This document shows, one piece after another, positions 20,170-30,385 of a stretch of 32,789 nucleotides of DNA. The notes beneath the pieces were generated by a model. It saw only the letters and a program-made list of their open reading frames with translations. It had not been told where the DNA came from and made no database searches. Positions within the stretch are counted from its first letter, which is position 1; every line of letters begins with the position of its first letter. Position numbers and translations under genes: made by a program. This stretch comes from Chrysochromulina tobinii (Eukaryota), in contig JWZX01003365.1 of NCBI GenBank assembly GCA_001275005.1, positions 1 through 32,789 on the forward strand, in the 5' to 3' direction.

Positions 20170-20898
20170 ATGCGGCGAGGGTGTCATAGGCGCGACGAGT
20201 GCGCGCCCGCAAGTCGATGCTCGGGCGCGAGCGGGCTCGCAACACGTCGGTCTTTACGGCCGGGTTCTGATCTGCCACATATGGCGCGCGCACCGCTCGA
20301 GCGTTGCGGAGCGCGTCGTTCGAAGGTCGTGACTCTCGTGTGTGTAACGACGCGAACACATCACACTGGCATGCTCATTTTTCGATAGAGCAAGCACAGC
20401 CAAACATTATGCGATGTCGTATCGCGGTACGCCGCGGCGCATTGGGTCGATGCACGATGCTCGATGGCGGTCTCACCTCAATCCTCATAACTAGATAACT
20501 TCTTGCAATCTTGCCGGCGGCATGTCGGGGCGGTCTATTGACTAGGTCGCGGGCCGGCCGCGGCCCAGCCGTGGGCCGTGGTCGATGGAAACGTCAAAAG
20601 ACGATGCAAAAGAATAAACGCAATGTCCATGACCAACGTGTAAAACGTTGATGAGCCTGAGCACTTGGGGGTTTGACCCAAACGCCACAAAGGGGTAGGG
20701 GCAAGGGGAGGTTATTCTTTCTGGATTCACACACTGAGCCACTCGTCCCCACCACCTGATTTTGAACTCAGTGAAGTGTGAACGTGTACGAGGTGGTGCC
20801 CTTCACATATTTGAGATTGCGTTGTACGTGTTGGTGTGTTGTGAATGAACACGTCCGGGACGGCACGTGCCATGGAAAACGAACACGCGGAGCGAACG

Positions 20899-21414
20899 TT
20901 ACACGCTTAAAGCCGTACTCCGACGTGACTTACCATCTTCGCCCGTACGTTCGTTGACCAGGATGATGTGCCAGCCAAACTGCGTCTTGATCGGCCGCTG
21001 CAGCTTGCCGATCGGCGCTGCGAAGGCAACCTTTTCAAACTCGGGCGCCATTGACCCGCGACGGAAGCGCAGCTCACCTGGCTGACCTCGTAGCTGCGCG
21101 AGCATGGCGTCGGGTTTCTTCTTGGCCGAGCCGCACGTGCTACGAGCTGCTGCAACCTCGCCAAATCGCTGCGACGAGACGCCCGCCTCCCCTGCTACAA
21201 GCGCGTTGTAGATTTCATTGGCGTCGAGCTGAGTCGGCACCAGAATGTGCTGAACACTGACCTCCTGCAGCGACTTGGAGATGGATCGGGCGAGATCGCT
21301 GAACAGATTCATGGCCGGGCTAGCACGCAACACAGCGCCCTTCTGCACATGACCATGCATCGCATCGGCCGATGGTGTGGTGATCACCCAGAAAAGCAGC
21401 CATGGAGATCGCAT
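20899..21414 (-). CDS. Parvulin / PpiC-type peptidyl-prolyl cis-trans isomerase, probably plastid-targeted
   Basis: VQHILV, FGEVAAARSTCGS, GELRFRRGSMAPEFEKVAF and PIKTQFGWHIILV motifs; N-terminal signal plus transit-like peptide. Confidence 0.92.
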   Translation of the reverse strand: MRSPWLLFWVITTPSADAMHGHVQKGAVLRASPAMNLFSDLARSISKSLQEVSVQHILVPTQLDANEIYNALVAGEAGVSSQRFGEVAAARSTCGSAKKKPDAMLAQLRGQPGELRFRRGSMAPEFEKVAFAAPIGKLQRPIKTQFGWHIILVNERTGEDGKSRRSTALSV

Positions 21415-21612
21415 TTCGCTGACGAAACTGGACGTGAGGACGAGGCGGTGGGGGCGTCGATGCAGAGCCCAGGGATCGACGGGGAAGCACTACCATTCAA
21501 AGCCGCCTTTCTTTCGAAGTACAAAGTTGCCCCACGAAAATTTCGCGTTCGCAAAACGACACTCATCGATCGTGCCCGTCCATTGGCCATTGCGCGCCAC
21601 GGCACCCAAAGC

Positions 21613-22815
21613 ATGTCTGCCCGCCGCGCCGCCGAGATGTATTTGAGCCAGTACGATGCATCGTCGCCGAATGCCTACTACCGGCGCGGGGCGCAACCGA
21701 TGATCTGGCAGACGCGCTCGCCCACATGGGTGGACGAGGACGACTTTCAGCCTCCACAGCCCTCGCCACGGCCGCCGCCGCCGCAGCAGCAGGCGCAGCC
21801 TGCCCCGCGGCGCATGCTCTCGCCGACGAGGCAACCGATGCGCCGTGAGGTGCATGTGCCCGCGCGAGGGCGATCGCGGCGCCCGAATTACGCCGCGGAG
21901 CTCGGTGCCGAGTTTCTGCACGCATGGGAGCAAAAGGACGTGGAGCGGTGGCTGTACGCGGCAGGCCTCGACGACATGGTGCAAGCCTTCAAGACCGCTG
22001 AGCTCAAGGGCGAGCACCTGCTCGACATGAATGCGAGCAACGCGGGCGATCAGCTAAAGGACGTGGACGACGCGGGTCTGCTGCGGCTGTGCGCGGCGCT
22101 GCAGCCTCTCAAGCAGGTGTGGAAGCACTCGCGCCAGGCGGCCGGCCTAAGCCTGAAGCCACACGCCAAGCCGCCGCCGCCGGAGCCGCCGAAGCCGCCG
22201 CCGCCGCCCAAGCGCGCGCGGCCGCTCGTGGCGGAGCTGCACGTGCTTGTGGACGGAGCGTCGCACCTGCCGCCGGGCGCGAGCGGTGCGTATGTCGAGG
22301 TGGAGGTGACGCCGAAGCACAAGCTCAAGTCGGCGTTCTTGCCAGCGCCCGCGTCCACCTACTACGAGGCGGGGCACAGTGCGCACAGCCCGTACGCGGT
22401 CATCGAGTCGGCGCATCCTCATCTGGCGAGCTACTCGCTGCCTCACGAGCCGCAGGCCTTCAGAATCTCCATCGATGACAAAATGAAGGCGGCCATCGAG
22501 GCGCAGCCGATGCGCGTGAGCGTGATCGCTTGGGTGCCGCGTAAGGGCGAGCTCGAGGTGGGGCGGGTCGAGATTCCGCTGCCCGACCCCGCGAATGGCA
22601 CCGTACAAGTCCTCCGCCTCGATCGTCCCGTCCGGGCGGAGTTCCAATGGGTCCTCTACCACGCAACGGCGGCTAAAACGGTTGGCGACTGGCAGCCCGT
22701 CCCCACAGAGGAGCAGCCGCGCCTCGCGCCGCTCGTGGGCGCCTGGTACACGCCGTGTGACGACCTCCGCGGCTCGACGCACGGCCTCCCGTACCAACCC
22801 CTCGGCTACTCCTAG
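21613..22815 (+). CDS. SAM-domain and C2-like-domain protein
   Basis: WEQKDVERWLYAAGLDDMVQAFKTAELKGEHLLDM is SAM-like; ELHVLVDGASHLP...AYVEVEV...VGRVEIPL is C2-like; the two are separated by a Pro-rich linker. Confidence 0.75.
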   Translation: MSARRAAEMYLSQYDASSPNAYYRRGAQPMIWQTRSPTWVDEDDFQPPQPSPRPPPPQQQAQPAPRRMLSPTRQPMRREVHVPARGRSRRPNYAAELGAEFLHAWEQKDVERWLYAAGLDDMVQAFKTAELKGEHLLDMNASNAGDQLKDVDDAGLLRLCAALQPLKQVWKHSRQAAGLSLKPHAKPPPPEPPKPPPPPKRARPLVAELHVLVDGASHLPPGASGAYVEVEVTPKHKLKSAFLPAPASTYYEAGHSAHSPYAVIESAHPHLASYSLPHEPQAFRISIDDKMKAAIEAQPMRVSVIAWVPRKGELEVGRVEIPLPDPANGTVQVLRLDRPVRAEFQWVLYHATAAKTVGDWQPVPTEEQPRLAPLVGAWYTPCDDLRGSTHGLPYQPLGYS

Positions 22816-22984
22816 ACGTGCGGACGAGCGGAAGGAACGCCGAACGGAACGCGCGGGTGGACGGAGGGTGCACCACGTAAGGGTGCACGGTGGTCTACTG
22901 AGGTCAGAGGTTTGTCATTGGTGTGTTTGTGAAAAAATCGGGAAAGGCTTGAAGCGGTGCGGCGCCGCGCCCGCCGCCCGGCCT

Positions 22985-24223
22985 TCAACGGCAGAGCGGC
23001 ACCAGCTTCCATTGCCAGCGTGGCTCCACCGCCGCCGGTTCTGCGTTGGCGCCGCCGACTCCAACCATCGCTGGCCCAAACCACACATGCATGCTAGCAT
23101 GCCCGCCGCCCGCACTGCACGCGCCGCCGCCGCCCGCACTGCACGCGCCGCCGCCAGCGAGCGACGGGAGCGGCACAACCACGCCCTGATGCAGTAGGTG
23201 AGTGAGCGCGGCCACCTGCGCTCTCAACGAGCCGAGCTCAGGCGGCGTGGCCGCTTCGTGTCCGCGAGGAGCGTCACGAGGAGCGCGCCTCGCGCCGCCC
23301 TCGGGTATGCCCTCGGGTATGCGCCCGTCGTCGAAGACCGTTGCCATGGCGCCCGACATGGCGCCGACAGTGCCGACGACGCCGCGTTCATGGGTCCTAG
23401 GCTGCCGCAGCAGCGGCTCCGCGTCCTCGTCGGGATACTCGACGACGTACTCACGGTACCTCGGGCCTGGTGCGCCTACCGAGGATGCTCCCGCCGTCGC
23501 CGCTGAGCCTTGATGCTCCCAGCCCCTTGCTAGAGGGAAGATGGAGTGCCGTTCCTCGCGCTCACGCCGCAGCCTTTCGGTCTCGCGGCTGTGCCGGCGC
23601 TCGCCCTCGTGCGCCGACCCAGCCGAGGCAGCGGGAGGAGGAGGTACTGCGGCCGACGGCGCTCCGGTGTCCCACACGCCCGGCTCGGGCTGCCGCCTCT
23701 CTCGAGGAGCCGGGCGTGGCTCGTTGTGCCCATGGCCACGTCGGCCCATCGGCGGCGGCTGCGGCTGTTGCTGCTGCGTGGCTGGCCGCGAAGCGCGCTC
23801 AGGATAGAGCAGGCCGCCCAAGACGGATGCTGCGGGGTCGTACTCAGGGTGCGGCCGCCGATGGTTGCCATCCACCAAGGGTGGACCGTCGCCAAAGTCC
23901 GACTCCGAGGCCCTCGCATCCCCCGGTGCGGCTGCGCGGCGTTCCCGTGCGGCCGCAATCGCTGCGGCAGCATACGGCGTGAGAACCGGCCGACGACCAC
24001 AGTCGGAGGTGGCGCCTATGATCAAGTTGTTGCGTGTGGGCGGACCATAGCGCTCGTCCTCGAATCCCGCGTGCGATGGTGGTCTTGAGGAAGCGACAGC
24101 TTTTTCCGGATAGAGTAGCGAGGAGAGCTCACCGTGCCTGGCGTACTCGGGATGCACGGATCCGCCGCTGCGTGTGGGTGGTGGGTTTCCTCCAGCAGCG
24201 CGGAGCTCTCGTAGGGCGCGCAT
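22985..24223 (-). CDS. Hypothetical low-complexity protein (two HPEY..LLYPE motifs); 3' end uncertain
   Basis: Long open frame from ATG 24223. Sequence after ~23190 contains a 24-bp duplication and may be intronic. Confidence 0.55.
   Translation of the reverse strand: MRALRELRAAGGNPPPTRSGGSVHPEYARHGELSSLLYPEKAVASSRPPSHAGFEDERYGPPTRNNLIIGATSDCGRRPVLTPYAAAAIAAARERRAAAPGDARASESDFGDGPPLVDGNHRRPHPEYDPAASVLGGLLYPERASRPATQQQQPQPPPMGRRGHGHNEPRPAPRERRQPEPGVWDTGAPSAAVPPPPAASAGSAHEGERRHSRETERLRREREERHSIFPLARGWEHQGSAATAGASSVGAPGPRYREYVVEYPDEDAEPLLRQPRTHERGVVGTVGAMSGAMATVFDDGRIPEGIPEGGARRAPRDAPRGHEAATPPELGSLRAQVAALTHLLHQGVVVPLPSLAGGGACSAGGGGACSAGGGHASMHVWFGPAMVGVGGANAEPAAVEPRWQWKLVPLCR
23107..23156. repeat. 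24-bp tandem duplication (gcccgcactgcacgcgccgccgcc x2)
   Basis: Directly visible in the sequence. Confidence 0.85.
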
Positions 24224-24571
24224 TAGGAGTGGACTGGACTGTTTCGATGTGTTTACCGAAGTTTCCTGGCTCTTCAAGGGTTGTGTGAATGTGAATGTGT
24301 GTCGGGTGCAGTGCTGCAGTACGACTCAAATCTCTAAGTGGGTGTGGGGCTCGGATTTAAAGATTGAAAAACGTCCGAATCCGAGCGGAGAACACGCCTC
24401 TCTCACGTCTCTCGAGTGATCTCTCGAGTCCATTGCTCGAGTCTCGACTCTCTGCGTGGCCGCGTGGGCGACGATTGGACAACATTCTGTCCTTCAATGC
24501 CGGAAGTAGGAATCCCTACGTTGCCGGATGGGATGCAATCAAAAGCGGTGGTCACATGCGGCGGTGGTCAA

Positions 24572-24645
24572 TGGCACACAAGTCGTGAGCCGGTGCCGCG
24601 CACCCGTTGCACTTCGGCATCGCACATCAAGCACGCCTGCACATG
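24572..24645 (-). promoter_or_regulatory. Imperfect candidate SECIS element (type II-like)
   Basis: Minus strand UGA (24629-24627), 12 nt, AA (24614-24613), mini-stem GUGCA/UGCGC, then GA (24584-24583), about 200 nt after the stop. Helix II pairs only partly and the base before UGA is U rather than A. Confidence 0.3.
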
Positions 24646-24828
24646 CACCCCAGCACGACTCCATAATGCAAAGCTCCTCCGAGCACCACTCGTATGCCGC
24701 ATGTGAGCGGTCGGGTTGCGAGCCGGCCCTTCATGGCATGGAAGTTGCTGGTGGTGAAAGCCCACGGCGTGACAAGAGGGCCACGCGAGAAATCTCGTCG
24801 TGCAAGCTCAGGCTCAAGGGCCTATAAC

Positions 24829-25740
24829 TCAATGCGAGCGAGCCATCGCGACACCAATGACCACAGCAACTGCGGCCGCCGTGGCGACGAGCTTGAGGCT
24901 AGGTGGGCGGTACGAAGGCACGCGGGGAGGCGCGAAGGGAAACGGCTTGCGGGCGACAAAGTCAAACCCGAGCGTTGTCGGCGAGGTCGCGAACTTGGTC
25001 GGTCCGGAGACCCGGGTAGATTCGAAGCCGGTGGCTGTGAGCAGGTGCAGGTAGTCCTGCACAGGCACACAGCCCGAGACTCACTCAGACCAGCCCCCGC
25101 TCACGCTCTGGGCAGGCTGGGCGGGCTGTCACGCTGCTGCTGCAGCGTCCACCACGGGCTCTTCCACCTTGCACAAGTCGCACAGATGGAAGCGGCCACC
25201 TGGCTTGAGGATCCGGAAGGCTGATCGGAATGCCGCAGCCTTGTCGGTGGTCAGGTTAAACACGCCGTTGCTCATCACGAGGTCGGCGACGTTCTCGTCG
25301 ACCAAACCCTTGAGCAGTGTCCCGTCATCTAAGAGGCCGCGCTTGAATTCGATCACGGGCGCGCAGTCGGGCGCGAGCTCAGCAACATTTTGCGAGGCAC
25401 GGTCGAGCATTTTCTGTGTGAGATCAATGCCAATGACACGGCCGGTGGGACCCACAAATTTGGCTGCAAGTATGCAGTCGTGGCCGGCGCCGCATCCAAG
25501 ATCGACAACAGTCTCTCCGGCGCCAGGGAAATAGCCGGGACTCAAGAGCAGCGGGCAACCACCGCCACATGCTGCCTTGAAGAGCTTCTTGTGGAGCTCG
25601 TCGGAGGCCTTCATGCCAAGCCTGTCGAGCAGCTCGTGAGTGTACCCCCATGTGTGCACCGCGCCGTAGTACTTCTCGCCAAGGGCGAGCGCGGCGTAGT
25701 CTTGCTCGACAACGGCCCGCAGCTTATCGGCGGCGACCAT
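24829..25740 (-). CDS. Arsenite methyltransferase (ArsM/AS3MT)-like SAM-dependent methyltransferase; putative selenoprotein with UGA codons at 25131-25129 and 25083-25081 (303 aa)
   Basis: ACGGGCPL, GETVVDLGCGAGHD, VGPTGRVIGIDLT, DLVMSNGVFNL and FRILKPGGRF. The same frame continues AAAA*QPAQPAQSVSGGWSE*VSGCVPVQDYLHLLTATGFE...DFVARKP, which is the normal C-terminal part of ArsM. Confidence 0.85.
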
Positions 25741-25992
25741 GAGGTGATGAGAAGAACGGTCGGATTGGAATCACGAAGAGAGACTGGCATGTGGACGGTC
25801 CCGACGAACGCTTCACACGGAACCGCGTGCCTGCGTGGCTCGCGTCTGCGACGGCGCGCTGCGCCGAAACATATGTACGAAGAACTTTCTGAAAACCAAG
25901 CGTCGGCGACGTGCCAGTCCGCGGAGGCCCGAGGCGGCCGCTCGCTCGCATCGCTCACTCGCGAAAAGGGCTCAAGAGCGTGGCGCGCTCAG

Positions 25993-27402
25993 ATGGCTCG
26001 TCGCAAGGGAGGAAGGCGCATTAAGCGCAAGACGCAGAAGGTGACGGACACGGCCGAATCGACCACCGACATTCCGCCGCGAGCGTTCGTCTTCTCCAAG
26101 GGCGCCGTGCCCGGCAAGCTCAAAGCACTCGTCGAGAACTTGAAGCGCGTGCTCTCGCCGAATACGGCGACGGCGCTGCGTGCGCAGAAGAGAAACAAGC
26201 TGCGCGACTTTGTCGACGTCGCGGGCATGCTGCATGTCAGCTTCTTCCTGATCGTCTCCGCGACGGACAAGAACTCGTACTTGAGGCTCGTGCGCTGCCC
26301 TCGCGGGCCGACGCTCACGTTCCGGATCACGAGTTTCTCGCTAGGCTCAGACATTGCATCAGCGCAGCGTAAGCCCTATTCGGCCGGCCACTCGGTCTGG
26401 CAGAGCGCGCCCTTGCTCATTCTCTCCAACTTTGACAAGAGCGTCCAGCACGAGGCCCTGTCAGCCACTATGCTCCAGAACCTTTTCCCGACGCTCAATG
26501 TGGCGACGGCGCGGTTGGCGAGCTTCCGGCGCGTGGTGCTCGTGCACCAGCTTCCCGCGGCCGAGGGCGGCGGCTGCGAGCTCCGCCAGTATGTGATCAA
26601 GGCCGCGCCGACGGGCGTGTCCAAGGGCGTCAAGCGGCTCGTACGCGGCGACAAGCTGCCCTCCCTGGGCAGGTACTCGGACATGGCCGAGTACCTGACG
26701 CGTAAGGGGTACTCGAGCGAGAGTGGCGCCGAGACGGACGAGGAGGACAAGACCGAGCTGCCCCAGGACTACCTCCACGGGCGTAACACGCGCTCACAGC
26801 AGCGCGTCTCGATCAAGCTGCACGAGGTGGGCCCTCGCATGTCCCTCGCTCTGCTCAAGGTAGAGGAAGGGTTGTGCGACGGCGCGACGCTGTACCATGC
26901 GCTCGTGAGCAAGACCGAGGAGGAGGCCGCCGCCATCGCCGAGCGCGTCGAGGCTCGTGCGGCCCTCAAAGCCGAGCGGAAGCAGCAGCAGCAGCTCAAC
27001 GTCGAGCGTAAGAAGCTGGAGGCGGCGGAGAAGACGACGCGGCGCAAGCGGCGGCGCGGCGAGATGGGCGACGACGAGGAGGAGGACGACGAGGGTGGCA
27101 CGGAGGCAGCCGATGTCGCCTACGGCAATGGCGGCGGCGCAGAGGACGACGAGGACGACGACGCCGAGTGGTACCGTCGCGAGGTGGGCGAAGAGCCGGC
27201 GCCCGAGCTTGCGCTCAAGAGTGGCGGAGGGCGAGCAGCAAAGCGGCCCAAGGTCGTCCAGAGCGAGAACGAGAGAGCGCCTGCCCCATATGCCAAGGCG
27301 GCCGCCGCCATGCGCGGCAAGCTCATCGGCGGCGGCAAGCGCAGCCCTGGAGGTGGCAAGGGCAGCCCTGGAGGTGGCAAGGGAAAGGGCAAGGGCAAGT
27401 GA
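25993..27402 (+). CDS. PPAN: Peter Pan / Ssf1 homologue (Brix domain, 60S biogenesis)
   Basis: IPPRAFVF, LSPNTATALR..KRNKLRDFVDVAG, PRGPTLTFRI, TMLQNLFPTLNV, GYSSES and IKLHEVGPRMSLALLKVEEGLCDG; basic/acidic tail ending in GGGKGSP repeats. Confidence 0.93.
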   Translation: MARRKGGRRIKRKTQKVTDTAESTTDIPPRAFVFSKGAVPGKLKALVENLKRVLSPNTATALRAQKRNKLRDFVDVAGMLHVSFFLIVSATDKNSYLRLVRCPRGPTLTFRITSFSLGSDIASAQRKPYSAGHSVWQSAPLLILSNFDKSVQHEALSATMLQNLFPTLNVATARLASFRRVVLVHQLPAAEGGGCELRQYVIKAAPTGVSKGVKRLVRGDKLPSLGRYSDMAEYLTRKGYSSESGAETDEEDKTELPQDYLHGRNTRSQQRVSIKLHEVGPRMSLALLKVEEGLCDGATLYHALVSKTEEEAAAIAERVEARAALKAERKQQQQLNVERKKLEAAEKTTRRKRRRGEMGDDEEEDDEGGTEAADVAYGNGGGAEDDEDDDAEWYRREVGEEPAPELALKSGGGRAAKRPKVVQSENERAPAPYAKAAAAMRGKLIGGGKRSPGGGKGSPGGGKGKGKGK

Positions 27403-28142
27403 GCATTTGAGGTCGGTCGTAGTACAGTACATCCCGCCCATCGCAAGCGGCCTCACCACAGCGGTATCTCTGTTTCCTCAGAGCCATGCAGGCTGGGCGC
27501 AAGGGACCGCAGCCTGCCGCACGCTCGCGCGCTCACAGACCCCGCCGCGCCCGCGGCGGACCGGCGGTTCGTGCCCGGGTGCGAGCGCGCCATTTTACAC
27601 ACGTGGTCTCTCACACTTTAGGCAAGGGTTTAGTAACGCGGAAAGCGTAGAACGGCAGTGTGTGTACATATAGCGTACTCGCAGGTCGCAGGGGGACATA
27701 CAACAATTGACATACAACGCAATAAATATGGCATGAAATATGCGACATCGTGTTGTGTTTTCATAACCGATTATATAAACTCGAATTCCACGCCAACTAA
27801 CCTTTGATGTTTGAATCAAAGAAAGTGCGCCGAATAAGAGATGACGAGATTAGCCAAATTTGGGCGAGACGCTCCGGCGGGTAACCAAAGCAGGCGCGGT
27901 CACGAGGACTGTAACTCCTTTTCTAATTTCTTCAGTGTTCAGACCTTGAGGAGGCGGGTCCAGCTCATGACGTCTCATCTGGTCCAGCTGTAACAGCTGC
28001 AATACAATTGTCAATTCAAAGCAAAGGCGAAGGTTTATAAATACCTGCGCTGCTGTCGAAACGAGACCGTCAGCGCTCAGCGGGCAGGCCGTCATCGATC
28101 CGCAACCGCGCATTTCACAAGTCCTATTGTGATCCCGCCGAT

Positions 28143-29921
28143 CTACAACTTGGCGCCCTGTCTCCACAAGCCCTTGGGGATCGCCTCTTCTGGCGGTGGC
28201 GTGACGACCCATGGGCAACGCCCGTACGCCACGCCACGGTCTGACCGCCTCGATCCATCGCCGTCGCTGCCGACGCCGCAACGCTGTGCGGACGGCGTAC
28301 TGCGCCCGTCACGACGCCCGGTGAGGCGCGCAGGGAGCTTGGCACGACTCTTGGCCACGTGGCGGCCCAGCGGGGATGCCTCGTCCTCCACCACCCACAC
28401 CCCATGCAGCTGGTTCTCACGCCACTCGAGCTCGGGCGACGCGAGGCCGAGCCGCAAGCGCACATTCGATTCGATGGGCTCCGACGATGGCGTCGTGCGC
28501 ATGCTGAGGGTCGAGCCGCTATAATGGTTGGCGCCCGGCGGCGGAGCGCCATGTCGAGCGCGTGCCAACGCAGCGAATGAAGAGGGCGGTAAGGGCCGTC
28601 CACTCGCTTGGCTCCTCGCTTGGCTCTCGGCAGCCACCGTGCCTCCACTCGCTCCAGGCTCCGGATACACGCGGAGAGATTCTGCGTATGCCTGGCAAGG
28701 GAGGAAGGTTGCCTCCTTCATCCGGCGGTCGTTGTCGGGCGCGCCTCGCGGCGCATGGTAGTCAATGTTGGCGGTGACGTCGTACTGGCGGATCTCGCGC
28801 CGCCGCTGCGGGTCTGGATGGCCACGACCGTTGGGGCTGCTCGAGGTACGCAGGCTGCGTTCTTGCGCCTCGGCAGAGCGACGTGAGGCGAGGTGGGCCG
28901 AGCTGAGCGCAGAGCCCGCGCCCGACGCCGTCGGCGAGGCCGGCGCCACGCTGCGGGGGGGGCTGTATGCTACCCCTGGCAGGCTCACGTGCAGACTGGA
29001 ATGAGAGTGCGCCGGCCGCTTATGGAAGCTCATGCTCGGTCCAAGACCAAGTTCATGGCTCGGTCGGAACCACGCGGCGACGTTAGCCGATCTGGGCGTC
29101 GCCGCCGAATTTCTAGTGAGGCTCGGAGCCATATTTGTCGTCGCCGATTTAGCCGCGGTCGCAAAGTAGCCGGTGGGATCGGCGCGAGCGGACGCCGAGG
29201 GGGGGCTAGACTTAGGGCTAGACTCGCAGCGCACGCCGCCACTGCTCGGGCGTCGCACTGCCGGATGGCCTCCTCTTCTCGCCGGCTGCATCGCGCCGCG
29301 GGCAGCCAGCTCGGCAGCATCGAGGCCGGGCATCGGATCGGCATGCTGCACTTGCTTCGGGGCACCGACGGCAGAGAGTGCATCGAGCGCTCCTCGCGCC
29401 GGCCCTGGCCACACAAAGTGGATCTTATCCTTGTTGGGAGCGGTTGGGGCCTCCGCGCGGCTCTGAGCTGACGCGCCTGCCACGTTCTCACCCTCGTCAC
29501 AGCAGCGACTCTCCCCAAGGGACTTGTGCGCATTGCGTTGCTGCCCGCTGATCAAGAGAGGGTTGACGTACTCGTCACCGTACAAGGCTGGCCGGCTGGC
29601 CGGAACGACGCCGGCCTCAGGCTGCACCGCACGAAGGAGCTCCTTCCACGGCTCAGACTCGATCATTGCGCGCAGCATCTCCTCGTCCGAGAGGCCAGCG
29701 AGAGGCGACATTGCACACAAAGCAGCGGAAGGTGGCGAGGTTGCGCACACAGCAGCGCAATACTCCAAGACTGCGCCGTCGCCTTCACAATCAGGGCTGG
29801 CGAGAGGAGGCTGCAGAATGTCGATTGTCAGATCAGATCGTGCGCTTGATGTTGATGATGATGATGGTGTCATCCCCGTTGAGGCTGGGGACGGCGCCGC
29901 AACAGACCACAGGAGCTCCAT
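28143..29921 (-). CDS. Hypothetical low-complexity (Ser/Ala/Pro-rich) protein
   Basis: Long open frame from ATG 29921 (MELLWSV...). No domain recognised. A further 3' exon near 27850-28060 is possible. Confidence 0.5.
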   Translation of the reverse strand: MELLWSVAAPSPASTGMTPSSSSTSSARSDLTIDILQPPLASPDCEGDGAVLEYCAAVCATSPPSAALCAMSPLAGLSDEEMLRAMIESEPWKELLRAVQPEAGVVPASRPALYGDEYVNPLLISGQQRNAHKSLGESRCCDEGENVAGASAQSRAEAPTAPNKDKIHFVWPGPARGALDALSAVGAPKQVQHADPMPGLDAAELAARGAMQPARRGGHPAVRRPSSGGVRCESSPKSSPPSASARADPTGYFATAAKSATTNMAPSLTRNSAATPRSANVAAWFRPSHELGLGPSMSFHKRPAHSHSSLHVSLPGVAYSPPRSVAPASPTASGAGSALSSAHLASRRSAEAQERSLRTSSSPNGRGHPDPQRRREIRQYDVTANIDYHAPRGAPDNDRRMKEATFLPCQAYAESLRVYPEPGASGGTVAAESQARSQASGRPLPPSSFAALARARHGAPPPGANHYSGSTLSMRTTPSSEPIESNVRLRLGLASPELEWRENQLHGVWVVEDEASPLGRHVAKSRAKLPARLTGRRDGRSTPSAQRCGVGSDGDGSRRSDRGVAYGRCPWVVTPPPEEAIPKGLWRQGAKL

Positions 29922-30385
29922 CTCCGTGGCGACTCCGTCCAATTTACGCTGCTCGCACGTGGTCCTCTTGAAGACCGGCTCGCCCGGCGCCAATTCGGGA
30001 ATCGCTAAAAACGCAAGGTATCCATATGTGTGCGCAGAATGTGCTGAGGGACAGAAGTTTTGGTACGCTTCGGGACGGAAACGGATTTATTACGAATGTG
30101 CATGCGTCAAAGCCATGAAGTTATGAAGCCAACGTGGTCTGTGCAGTGTGCCAGAGTTAAGCTCAGGTAAGACACGCCCGCCGGCCGCCGGCCGTTAGTG
30201 ACCTGGATCCGACATGACGCCAAGACGATGACGCCAAAAATTTGTGTTGTTATGAACAACGTCGTCATACATGTATCAGTGTGAATTCATCTACTTGGAA
30301 GTACAATGTATCCGTGAATGTGCTTGGGGGTGAAGGCTCAGTTATCAGCTAGTACGCTAGCACGTAGTTAAACTTCATTGTCGCA

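Noticed and set aside
25057..25134. 78-nt GC-AG intron that would remove both UGAs from the methyltransferase
   Set aside because: Formally in frame, but it would delete the conserved W-x-x-(C/U)-V-S-G motif. A GT donor at 25132 gives the wrong phase. Disfavoured, but not excluded without RNA data.
25390..25992. Long N-terminal extension of the PPAN ORF
   Set aside because: It overlaps the methyltransferase antisense and the shared promoter region; similarity begins at MARRKGG (25993).
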